A stretch of DNA of 64,000 bases from Hydrolagus affinis (lineage: Eukaryota). The notes beneath the pieces are model-generated. The model worked only from the letters and a program-made list of their open reading frames with translations, was not told the DNA's origin and did not search any database. Position 1 is the first letter of the stretch. Each line of letters starts with the position of its first letter. This document shows, in pieces, positions 53,593-64,000 of this stretch. Both the position numbers and the translations under genes were made by a program. The DNA is taken from positions 1 to 64,000 of the forward strand of contig JAAILG010000300.1 of the NCBI GenBank assembly GCA_012026655.1. The letters are read 5' to 3'.

Positions 53593-53725
53593 AGGTGGTG
53601 TAGCTCTATGCCTCAACTCTCAAGGCAGAAGAAATGGAGAAGCTCTGGTCAGATTTATCAATGCTGAACAACGAGACCTTGCCCTGGAAAGACACAAACA
53701 TCACATGGGGAGCAGATACATTGAG
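53593..53725 (+). CDS. ESRP2: ESRP2 coding exon 8 (qRRM1)
   Basis: ttgcag|(K)[44 protein letters not shown]|gtgtgc; 133 nt. GGVAL is ESRP2-like; ESRP1 has GGAAL. Confidence 0.96.
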
Positions 53726-53819
53726 GTGTGCATAAATCTAAAGTCACCTCAAATTCCATTTTGCTGAAACTGTGTCTCAAGTTATTTTTTTTTTAAAAAA
53801 AACCTTTTCCTTTTTGTAG

Positions 53820-53862
53820 GTATATAAAGCTACTGGAGAAGAATTCCTGAAAATTGCAGGAG
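53820..53862 (+). CDS. ESRP2: ESRP2 coding exon 9
   Basis: ttgtag|VYKATGEEFLKIAG+G|gtaagt; 43 nt. GEEF is ESRP2-like; ESRP1 has GEDF. Confidence 0.96.
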
Positions 53863-55769
53863 GTAAGTTTGGCACAAATATTTTGCTGCAATAGAAGTTA
53901 GATTTTTTTTTTCTTCAGAGCCTATCCCTCTGCTTATTGTAATGAGGGGTTAAGCCAATTCACTTTACAGTATATTTTGTGAAGTGCTTTGAGGTCGCGA
54001 AGATGTGACAAGGCGCTATATCAAATGCAAGGATCACTGTTAAGGCAATTTCTGAATTTGTCTCCAATGATTGTGATTTCTAGACAACAACAAAATTACA
54101 TTCATAGAGCGCCTTTCATGTCGGGAGGACTGGAGCAAGCACTGTACATTTTTGCATTTTTAGCTTACACCTACAAACTCTAACATCTTCACTTATACAA
54201 GCAAACATTGCTCTAAGTCTGAGTATGCAGTATCTGTGTTTAATCCCCATGTTTGATCTCACTCTTTATCAGATGATTACTGGTCATATTAAATTTAACA
54301 GAAGAGTAAAAACTCCTGCTACACTGACGTTAATGAAACTACAACCGAATGATGATTTTTATTCCTCAAACCATTTTAGTTTTCTTTAGAAAAAAAGCAT
54401 TTACTGTGATGTGGGTATCTTATTGGACACAAAGAGATGTGTATACCTAAACCTATTCATTAGCATGGCACTTCAACAAACTGAACAAACTCAGCAGGAG
54501 GGAACTGTTTTGTGATTTAAATAGAGCTTAAATATCATTGTTGCTGAACCATAATCTGGTAATGGAACACTAGACTCCACGCTTTGTTGTGGCTATTTGG
54601 TGTTTGTTCAAAGTTGCTTGAGTTTCTGTTTCTTAAATCCATGAGGAAAAGTGTCTGAATCTAATATCTCAGTTAATCAGATGGTATTTTTCAAACTTGA
54701 TGTAACTTCTGTGCTGGTTTGGAAAAATCCTTGCATTTGATATACAACCATTCCTGTTGTCCATCTTGCAGTCACTGCACTTGAAGCACTTTATTTCATA
54801 TTGCAGTCCATTCTAGCATTCGTTTTCTACACAGTGGCTTTGAGTTCTTTTACGTTTTATTGTAGCTGTTCCCCATTCACCTCTTAATTGGTTCTTTTCT
54901 ATTCTAGATTGAACTTATTGGTAACATTTATGATTTTCTCCCGTAATCACTACCTCCAGTCATGCAGCAATTATCTGTTTGATCTGGATTTATGTAATGT
55001 GCAACAAATACTTTTTTCCCCCCAAAAAAATGCACTTATTTACAAGGTACATGAAGCCAAGATTGCGAATAGCTTTTTGTATTACTGCGTGAATTCCTGT
55101 CAAGCTAGCTTGACAAAGTAGCTGTTGAAAACCAGCTGTGATTCCCTGAGCTTTACCTGGGAACATCAGTACTTGACAAACTCGCTGTCACAGACAGTGA
55201 GATATTGTTTAGCGACTGCAGGTTCCTAGAATAACTTATCCTTAATATTGATGTGACAGCTAAAGTTTGCTATTATTATTAGTTTTTTGTCCAAGGCTTT
55301 TGGTTCTCCCTTGTATTGATTTGTAGGGTGAATTTCATGGGAGTGCTGTGGTATCTTGCTCAAGTGGTTATCTTCATGTGTTAAAGAAAGCTATTCAACT
55401 ATGACAGGGGACGTATAGCGGTCAAAACCAGTCCTGTAGCAATACCCTAACATGTGTACACACAAGCTTTTGGAGCAAGGGGAACCATAATAAGGTCAAT
55501 TATAGTGCCTCACTGAGATTTTTTGTTGTTGTAGGGATCTGAAGTGATTCTGTGGCCAATTCATTTCATCTCTGTCTCTGTCTCGGTCTTGCTCGCTGAA
55601 ATGCCGTTCTGTTCTCAGCTTGCGATTCAACCGAAGTGACTTTGATCAGAGTAGTTGTTTCACTGAATGATGGTCTATGGTCTCCAATTTTGAGCCACTC
55701 TGCAGGTGCAATGATCGGAGACTGGTACCCAGCTCACGTTCCATCTCATTTTTGTGGCTCTGAATGCAG

Positions 55770-56071
55770 GTACTTCAAACGAAGTGGCTCAGTTCTTGTC
55801 AAAGGAGAACCAGGTGATAATCCGAATGCGGGGTCTGCCCTTCACAGCCACGGTAGATGATGTCCTGGGCTTCTTTGGCAGCGAGTGCCCTGTTACAGGC
55901 TCCAAGGAAGGGCTCCTCTTCGTTAAGTACCCGGACGGGAGACCCACTGGGGATGCGTTTGTCTTGTTTGCGTGTGAGGAGTATGCACTGAATGCACTTA
56001 AAAAGCACAAGGAAATCTTGGGGAAACGCTACATTGAACTGTTCAGGAGCACTGCTGCAGAAGTACAGCAG
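55770..56071 (+). CDS. ESRP2: ESRP2 coding exon 10 (qRRM2)
   Basis: atgcag|(G)[61 protein letters not shown]|gttagt; 302 nt. Confidence 0.97.
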
Positions 56072-56158
56072 GTTAGTGTTCTGTACTGTGTGGTATTGGG
56101 CCTTCTCCAGGCATCCCTGCATGACATTTCCCCCCCTTCTAATCTGTTGGTTTGGCCT

Positions 56159-56348
56159 AAAACAAAAGTTGCTGGGGAAACTCAGCAGGTCAAGCAGCAT
56201 CCATGGAGAAAGGAAAAGGAGTCAACGTTGTAGACCCAAAATGTTGACCACTTTTCCTTTCTCCATGGATGCTGCTTGACCTGCTGAGTTTCCCCAGCAA
56301 CTTTTGTTTTTGTTTCAGATTCCCAGCATCTGTAGTATTTTGTGTTTT
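56159..56348. repeat. Palindromic interspersed element: perfect 60-bp arms with a 32-nt spacer, plus a 3' extension
   Basis: 56159-56218 is the exact reverse complement of 56251-56310. The extension tgtttcagattcccagcatctgtagtattttgtgtttt is also present at ~40625-40662. Confidence 0.9.
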
Positions 56349-57168
56349 GTTGATGGTTTGGCCTGTTTACCCAATGTGTGGGGCACAATGGTTCTCTAGT
56401 TCCGTGTGTGAGCTGGTGTCAGTTTGTGTGTTGCAGTTGGGACCAATCCATAAACTGAGTGTAGCTCACAGATGGAACTGGACTACAATTGGCCTCAGTG
56501 TATTGAAGTTAAGAGGGGTCAGCCTATGTGTCTGCTAGAGAGGGTACAATTCTTACTGTGGTTCTAGCCTTCCGTGGCCCGCATGTGAATAAGGGCCATT
56601 TCCAGCAGATTACAAAGGTGATCAGTGCCTGAGGATCGTACCCTGGAAGAAAGGAAATGAGGGAAGGAGATCTTTCCATATATTTTCCTGTAGACCAATT
56701 AGTTTCTCCTGCATGTGTATGATGCCTCTCCGACTGAGGTGGAGCTGATCTGCTCTGCGACCCACTTTAGCCTGGCCTGGGTAACTTGTTTTGTTGCTGT
56801 AATACAAGAAGTCACCGATGCTGTTATGATGTTGGCCACTTTTGTGGCCAAAAGTGTGTTTTGCACTTGTGATGTGTTGTGTGACGAATAATGTAGCTGG
56901 TGAATGGGTAGAATCTCTGAACAACTTGGTCATCTCAACATTTTCCCTACAAGGCATCCATTCCCCCGCAAACATTGGTCACTCAATCCAGGCTATTTGT
57001 GAGACACTGCTGTGTGTAATTAGTTGCTGCATTTCATCCAGAAAATTCACTTTAAAGTATAATCTATGAAGCTCTTTGAGATGCTATGATAAGGTGCTAT
57101 ATCAAATGCAAGTATTGTCAAGTTAACTTCATTTCTTTGTATTGTTTTCCTCCCTCCAAACATCCTAG

Positions 57169-57387
57169 GTGCTAAATAGGTATATGTCAACACCGCTGAT
57201 TTCTACACTCCCAACGTCCCTCATCCCAGTGATGCCTCAACCATTCATTGCCAGCGGAAGCTTGAGGGACTGCATCCGTTTACGAGGCCTGCCCTACACG
57301 GCAAGCATTGAGGATATTCTGGAATTCATGGGGGAGTTTACAGTCGACATCAAACCGCATGGTGTTCATATGGTACTAAACCAACAG
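57169..57387 (+). CDS. ESRP2: ESRP2 coding exon 11 (linker and start of qRRM3)
   Basis: tcctag|[73 protein letters not shown]|gtaaat; 219 nt. Confidence 0.97.
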
Positions 57388-58607
57388 GTAAATCCTGCTG
57401 CGACTTCTTTGTGAGGTCGCATTCCTGTCTCTGACTTTGTGGGGATGTTGAGCTCTTTTAAATACACCAAAGTGTGAACTTTCTATGGCTTTTAAAGAGG
57501 AAAGAACTGACAGGAATGACTGATTAGTGCATGTGGAATGCTGAGCTGTGGTGATTAATTCAGAGCTCGGGTGTGTTGGTTTCATTAAATCACACAATAA
57601 ATAGAAATCTTTGCATATGATATAGTGCCTGATTACATCATAGTGACGTCTCAGTGCTTCACAGAATTTTAGTGGTAGTGACTGTTTGGGACGTCCTCCC
57701 GACGCCTTGGGATATCCTACCAGTGCCTTGGGACATCCCCCCGATGTGAAAGGCGCTCCATAAATGTAATTTTGTTGTTTAATGGGCAAACGCAGCAACT
57801 GGATAGAGTATGAAATGATCAGAAGTAAAGTGTGTAATGAGGTAGGGAGGGTGTAGTTAACTATCCTGACTGTTTTCTTACTTGAGCAGTTTTTGGTCTA
57901 CAAGTTGGCCTAGTTGAAGACTGAGGCAGTGCTCACATCTTGTACAGTGTATGAAACCTGTTTTTATTGTCCAATGCTTTTATGGTCCCAGTGCTTTGGG
58001 ATGTCCTCCCGACGTGAAAGGCGTTCTATAAATGTAGTGTTGTTGTAATAGCATTTGTAGTCTGATAACTAAACTGGTTGTTATTTCTCTGGTAAGGAAT
58101 GGTGGACAGTGCACAGAATTTCTTCATGGCTTTTCGGGAGACTCTGATCTTGTATTTTTAATTGCCTGTGAATTTTAAAATTATCAGCGAAACCTGACTC
58201 ATTTAAAAAGAACTCCTTGTGCAATTCCTTTGCAAAAAGTGATCTAATCCATTGCTCTAAGCATTAAAATGGGTTGCACTGGAGAAATAACAGCTGGCAA
58301 GCTGAGCTATTAGGCTACATGTTGTCTTGACAAAGCTGGATATGTTGACAAATGGGAAATTACTGGCACACAAGCATTTGACAATTCCTGGGATTCCATT
58401 TTTTAAAAACTTTTCAGTGCAGATTCGTCTGAACTCGTTTATGAATGTGTTTTCAAGCTGCTTGAAATTGCCTTAATCATCAAGGAGTTTCACACCTAAA
58501 GGATGTATGTGTGTGTCTGTGTGGGCAGATGCATTTCCCCAGTTTCAAATGGGAGAGAAGATTCGCGAGCAGTTTTGTAACTGCTCACTTTTGATGCACC
58601 AGATATC

Positions 58608-58910
58608 CGACTGATTCAGTTGGCAGCACTCTGCCCTCTGTGCTCGAAGGCTGTCGGTTCAAGGCATCACTTAATTGAAAACTTGCATTGTCTAAGCTGA
58701 TGCTCCAGCGCAATGATTGAGGAGTGCCGCATTGTTGGGAAGTTGCTCGGATCAGCGTCTGCCCGATCAGGTGGTCATTAAATGATTCTATTCAAAGAGA
58801 AGGGAGTTTCTTCCTGTGTCCTGGCCAGCAATCTCTCCCCTCACCCACCCCCAGGAAAAAGCTGATGATTCACATCATGGTTGTAAGGTGCTATCAAATG
58901 CAAAGATTTT
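58608..58910 (+). mobile_element. Older long Deu-domain SINE, degraded, in intron 11
   Basis: ttcagttggcagcactctgccctctg..tctaagctgatgctccagcgc..agagaagggagtttcttcctgtgtcctggccagc..gtgctatcaaatgcaa. Confidence 0.65.
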
Positions 58911-59126
58911 TTTTTTTTATCAGTTTACATTTTGTGCCTGGAAGTTTCTGCATTCAGAGCAGAACGATAAGCTGTAGTAACATTTTGTTGTGATTAATTT
59001 TGATCCTTTTCAATCAGCTTTTGGTTTTTTTCTCTCTCTTCTCCACTCCCAACACGTTTTTGTTTGTTTTACGGCGTGTTGGTTTTTAAAATCTCCTTTT
59101 CTTCCCGATTCCTTCTCCCTCTCCAG

Positions 59127-59325
59127 GGCCGGCCCTCTGGTGACGCTTTTATTCAGATGAAGTCTGCAGACCGAGCTTTCTTAGTCGCACAGAAATGTCA
59201 CAAGAAAACGATGAAGGACAGATACGTGGAGGTGTTCCAATGCTCTGGAGACGAAATGAACTATGTTTTAATGGGTGGCACTTTAAATCGTAGTGGCTTG
59301 TCTCCGCCACCATGTAAGTTACCAT
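59127..59325 (+). CDS. ESRP2: ESRP2 coding exon 12 (end of qRRM3; alternative donor after 59313)
   Basis: ctccag|[66 protein letters not shown]+T|gtaagt; 199 nt, or 187 nt with the upstream donor. Confidence 0.97.
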
Positions 59326-60081
59326 GTAAGTTTTGAATTCTGCCGCTCTCTTCTGCTAAAAACCTGACATTTGCGGTAGGTGCTGGAGCTTTTATTTATC
59401 TCTATCTTCACCTGATTTGCAGTCATTTTGAGTAACTTTTTTTTTTTAGCAATTCATTCATCAATCGAGGGTTGAAATGGAATGGCGGTTTTTATTTTTT
59501 GATTTTCTCCCTCCACCCTCTTGCCTACGAGTGACAAAGTACCACCATGTAACCTGGGCGGTTGCTTCTTGGGGAAACTTTCTGGAGCTGTGCAGTACAT
59601 CTGTCTATCTGGTAGAAGGATTTCATTTGGAGAATGCTCATAACATCAAATCTTGGAAGGCAGCTACTATATTTTGTGACTCTACACTGTGGTGTGTATG
59701 TGTGCGTGGGGGGTATCTATCACTGAATTGCAAAGGAATTAATCAACATAAGGAGGTGCTTCTTTGAGACCTAAAGAGATGATTTGTTGAGATTGGCTTT
59801 TATTTTTATTTCTTTGGGGGGTGGGGTGGGGGGAAAGAAAGGGTGTGGGTTAACTGATTAATTTTTTACGAGGTTAGGATCGAAGAGAATCAAAACGAAT
59901 CACCAACCCGGTGTTTGGAACCAAATCCGAGATTTTTTGGCAAACTCTATGACCTGCTACCTGTGCAGAGGGTACTGATTCTTTGATCTGCATCGACCTT
60001 GGGGAATCACTTGCAATTTTTTTTTCCAACAATTCCAAAGCCGTGTCATCGCCCTATCCTAATTTGTGTCTTTTCTGTTAG

Positions 60082-60271
60082 GTCTTTCTCCACCAGCTTA
60101 TCCCACATTCTCGCCCGGCACTGCTATAATTCCAGCAGAAGCAGCTCTTTATCAGCCCCAAGCTCTACTAACTCCACGCTCAGCACAGCCTGCACCCTCC
60201 GCACTTGCCTACTACCCAGCTCAGGCTTCAGCCACTCAGCTGTATATGAACTATACGACCTACTATCCAAG
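60082..60271 (+). CDS. ESRP2: ESRP2 coding exon 13 (Pro/Ala/Tyr-rich)
   Basis: tgttag|(C)[42 protein letters not shown]+AG|gtaaac; 190 nt. Confidence 0.95.
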
Positions 60272-61014
60272 GTAAACGTTACTGTGCATCTCTTTCCTCT
60301 TTGTCTTAAGATGTTGGCTGAAAATTTTGAATACTTCAACCTTCAGTTGGTAACTTGTTAGACTCATTGAGCTATACAGCAGTACCTATTTATGGCAATA
60401 GTTGGGTGTCCAAAATCTCGACCAGCCTTGGACTGAGTGCTTCCGTATTGATGTTGCTGTAGATGGTCTCAGAAAGGTGGCCAGTTTTCCATGTGCTTAG
60501 AGGACTTTGGTGTCATTGGGTTGCTGTGTACTGAATTTGTGTGTTTGAGGTGCCCCAAAGACCTGGATTTTTAGTGTGTAAGAAGCCAGCCTGTGTGTCC
60601 GAGCCAAATGTAAGTCCATAGAGCACCTGATTTATAAGGTTATCAGTGGTTAGAGCACTTACAAGCGAGAAACCTGGTTTTGATACAAGGCAGGGTGAAA
60701 TCTTGGGCGAGTTTCTAACGACTGAGCTACAGGACTACTACTGTCCTACTTCTCCATAATACTACTACTAATAATTGTAATCATTATGTTTGAGATAATG
60801 CCTTATCACATCATCAAGACATCTCAAAGTGCTTCACAGAATACACCCTAAAGTAAACTAACTACCTTTTGTGACAAAACACAGCAACCAATTTGACACA
60901 GCAGTGTCCCTACCTCAAAATAGTCAGTATGCTTTACACATATTCCTGTAAATTGCCTTGAGATTTCCTTCTGATATTATCAAATGCAAGGAGTTATTAT
61001 TTACTATTACCACT

Positions 61015-61290
61015 ATGTGTGGAAGTAATTTGTGAGGAAACATTTCTTCACTCAGAGGGTAATGAATTTATGGAATTCACTATCCCAGAAGGCTTTGGAT
61101 GCTCAGTCTCTGAACATTTTCAAGGCTGAGACTGATAGATTTTAAACAAAAATAGAGGGATTAGGGGATATGGGGATGGGGCAGGTAATTAGAGTTAGGT
61201 CAGAAGATCAGCCATGATCTTATTGAATGGTGGAGCAGGCTTGAAGGGCCGAATGGCCTACTCCTGCTCCTAATTAGTATGGTCTTATGG
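61015..61290 (+). mobile_element. CR1 LINE 3' end in intron 13
   Basis: ttcttcactcagagggtaatgaatttatggaattcactatcccagaaggc..gatcagccatgatcttattgaatggtggagcaggcttgaagggccgaatggcctactcctgctcc. Confidence 0.85.
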
Positions 61291-62047
61291 AGCTGACTGC
61301 CGGTAGAGAAACTGCAAAAGGAAAATTGAAAGACATAAGATGGAGGTGTTTAGGGAGAGCGTTGTTCAGAGAATTCATGCTGCAAAATGGAACAGACAAG
61401 TTTTTCCACCCAAAGTAAAGTGCATCCGTGTTTTACACTGTCTGCAAATAATCTACAATTGGTCATTTACTTAATGGCCGCTTAAGGGACATTGCTGTGT
61501 GCATATTGCCTGCACAATACAGGTGTTACTCTTTACAGTAAATCTTGTATAAAAAAAAATATATATACTGTATGACATACTCTCAATGTGACATGTTCAG
61601 GATGTATTATAATCCCATGTTGCAATCTAGTACAAGCCACATGATATTCCTTCAACATTGATAACTCTTACAACACTTAAGAATCCATCGAGTCCTGTTC
61701 ATCAAATTGCACTAACTTACTCCTGACTACCAGTCCCATCTGGGTTTTTAATAAGAATAATAATCCTTGCATTAATCCATGTATGGGAATGAGCGATGGG
61801 GGGAGGGGGAGAGTGGGACTGAATGGGTAGCTCTTCCAAAGAGCTGGCACAAACATGAGCCAAATGGCTGCCTTCTGTGATATTCTATGACTTGATATGT
61901 ATCCTTATCACATCTGACGTCTCAAGGTGTTTTCACAGAAAGGACTGTAAAGTGAATGGACCCCGTGTTTTGGTCTAGGCCTACACCCAGCTATAGAAAT
62001 CACGTGGCGATCAAACTGAGTAACTTGACTTGAACTTTTGCTTCCAG

Positions 62048-62228
62048 CCCCCCAGTATCTCCAACCACTGTTGGATACTTTGCAGCACCTCAGGCAGCTA
62101 TGGCAGCAGCTGCCGCCTCCACATCGCACGCTGCTGTGTTACCCCAGCCCGGAGCCCTGATCCGCATGCAGGGCTTGCCTTTCAACATCGCCACCAAAGA
62201 CATCCTCAACTTCTTCCAGGGATATCAG
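62048..62228 (+). CDS. ESRP2: ESRP2 coding exon 14; the CDS continues to a terminal exon not found in the window
   Basis: ttccag|(S)[60 protein letters not shown]|gtaaat; 181 nt. Confidence 0.95.
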
Positions 62229-62837
62229 GTAAATATCAGTTGCTTTTCTCTCTCCTGGCACCTCCTTTCCCGTCCAGAGCAGCACGTTTTGACGTAAGGG
62301 TGTTGCCCACGTGTGCTTTTCGAATCGAAACTTGGTACTGCTATATGAAATGTTTTAATCTAAATATTATGGTTCATCTGCTATAGCAAAGGACTAAGAA
62401 TATCTAACTGAGCAACATTTTTTCCCCATGCGTTCCATTTCTCTTGCTCTCCTATGGATGTGTTGAATGACGTGGCTGATCTTAAAGTGAAAATACATTT
62501 GGACCATCTCTGGCTTGGTATGGCCGTGTGCAGATAGAATACTGTAAATGTTGCACTGTATGTGGGGATTATTAAATTATACTGTACATGGTGATATGAT
62601 TTTAGTGTGGGAATTTGGTCCATCTCTGGGGGAATGAGATGGTGAGTTTTTAATTTTCTTTCCCTTTTTTGGGTAAATCTTCTGGTTTTGTGGGGGCGTT
62701 TGGACTGCATGTGTGACACGTTATTGAGCAGTTATAGTAATACCAGACCTGCCATTATATTGAGATTAATTGAGTGCCATTTCATGGCTCTGTCCTTTTC
62801 ACAAACTGCAGTGGAATCTCTTTGTATGCCAAGCAAA

Positions 62838-62881
62838 TCTCTCTCTCTATATCTATATATATATATATATATATATATCTA

Positions 62882-62913
<32 letters not shown>

Positions 62914-62942
62914 GAAAGAGAGATATTTTATATATATATATA
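62838..62942. repeat. Compound (CT)n/(TA)n microsatellite
   Basis: Directly visible tandem dinucleotides. Confidence 0.9.
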
Positions 62943-64000
62943 TTTAAAAAATTCTGTTGCAAAACCAAATCTCGTTATTCCTCACATGCTGTGAACTCGA
63001 GTTAGAGTGAGCTTGGTTTGCAGAAGAGTCTTGGGAGACTTGCATCAAGAGTACAGTATTGCGAATCAACCATTTGTTTCCACCTGTTTAATGCTTTGTG
63101 CTACACCACCTGGGTTAGATTCCCATTATGTGGTGTACAAGTGTTCTTTTTTTGTCAATATGTCTGAGGAATCGGATGTGAAATGTCAAATTGAGGTGTT
63201 GCTCACCCAGTCTTTCTGCCCAAGACATTTGATGCACTTAATGGCTAGCAGTTGAGTGACCAAACCAGACTGACTGCAGAAGACTCTGTATAAACCACAT
63301 TTAGTATCTGATTGCCCCACACAGTAACTCACCTACTCCACGAAGTGACTCCAAAGCCTTCCTTCTATGTGGACTAAGCATTTGGCAGATGGGTGGGGGG
63401 TGATTGACTGGTTTACTTGAAGGGAGTTCCAGAGAAAATGGGCTTTAGAGAGGGATGCAAAATTAGATTCTTTTTTCTTCTATTCATGCTTGAAACGGAG
63501 CTTAAGTTTCCCAAAACGACTTAAAGGCTCAGACCTTAAATCTCAAAATTCTTTCCTTCTTCTGCACGCCACCACCTCCCCTGCACATTGCCATAGAGCA
63601 ACGCTGCATAATGCTTAGGAATGAATCCCCAAACCTTAATGCTGCAGGACAAACTGAATTTACAAATTCAATACCCATACCCATGTAAAACATCTTATCC
63701 AGTGAGCATCTTATCCTTACTGGATAAGAAGCTATACATGGGTTTGGGTATTTGCAATTCCCAATTTGCTGCCAGTGATTTATAGAAAAGACATAAACTC
63801 AGTATTGAAGGCCTGTTTTCCCTCCCCTCTTTTGTTTCCTTCTGCCCCCACCTCCATGAATCTCTTTTTATATCAACAAAAGCATGGTATGACCAGCTGT
63901 CAGGTTAACAAGGACAGAGGTTTATATGCTTGTTGCTCTCCTCTGGAAACTTATTCTACATTTGCAAGTCCCATCTCTGACAGAAGAAACTGGGAAATTA

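Noticed and set aside
17614-58079. Scattered one-mismatch GRHL-like 8-mers (17614, 21266, 23602, 42889, 51574, 57955, 58072)
   Set aside because: The number is roughly what chance gives in 64 kb of AT-rich DNA, and they are not clustered.
45517-62228. Assignment as ESRP1
   Set aside because: Diagnostic residues ([42 protein letters not shown]) match ESRP2 rather than ESRP1.
62229-64000. Terminal ESRP2 exon (expected ..PKEWVC(I/L)*-like end)
   Set aside because: I found no acceptor followed by such a frame; it probably lies beyond the window.

Overview
Vertebrate genomic DNA. The repeat content (tRNA-headed Deu-domain SINEs, L2 and CR1 LINE tails) points to a cartilaginous fish, plausibly a chimaera/elephant shark; this is an inference. 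The only confidently identified gene is ESRP2 (epithelial splicing regulatory protein 2) on the + strand. I traced 14 coding exons from 45517 to 62228 (2022 nt, 674 codons, all splice phases consistent) and did not find the last coding exon in the window. The gene has a U12-type (minor spliceosome) intron 4, tandem 5' splice sites for the 4-aa CKLP segment, a NAGNAG acceptor, an inverted SINE pair around exons 4-6 and a perfect 60-bp stem just after exon 10. The ~44 kb upstream has no recognisable gene. It is rich in SINEs and L2/CR1 fragments, and also holds a Tx1-like LINE with a 19-bp TSD, a Tc1/pogo-type MITE, a hAT-type MITE, a CR1-tail hairpin and one orphan candidate terminal exon. A 100-N assembly gap lies in the probable promoter/5'UTR region. 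Most ORFs in the supplied track are spurious or repeat-derived. I see no convincing wholly new biological system; the best leads are the RNA-processing features of ESRP2.
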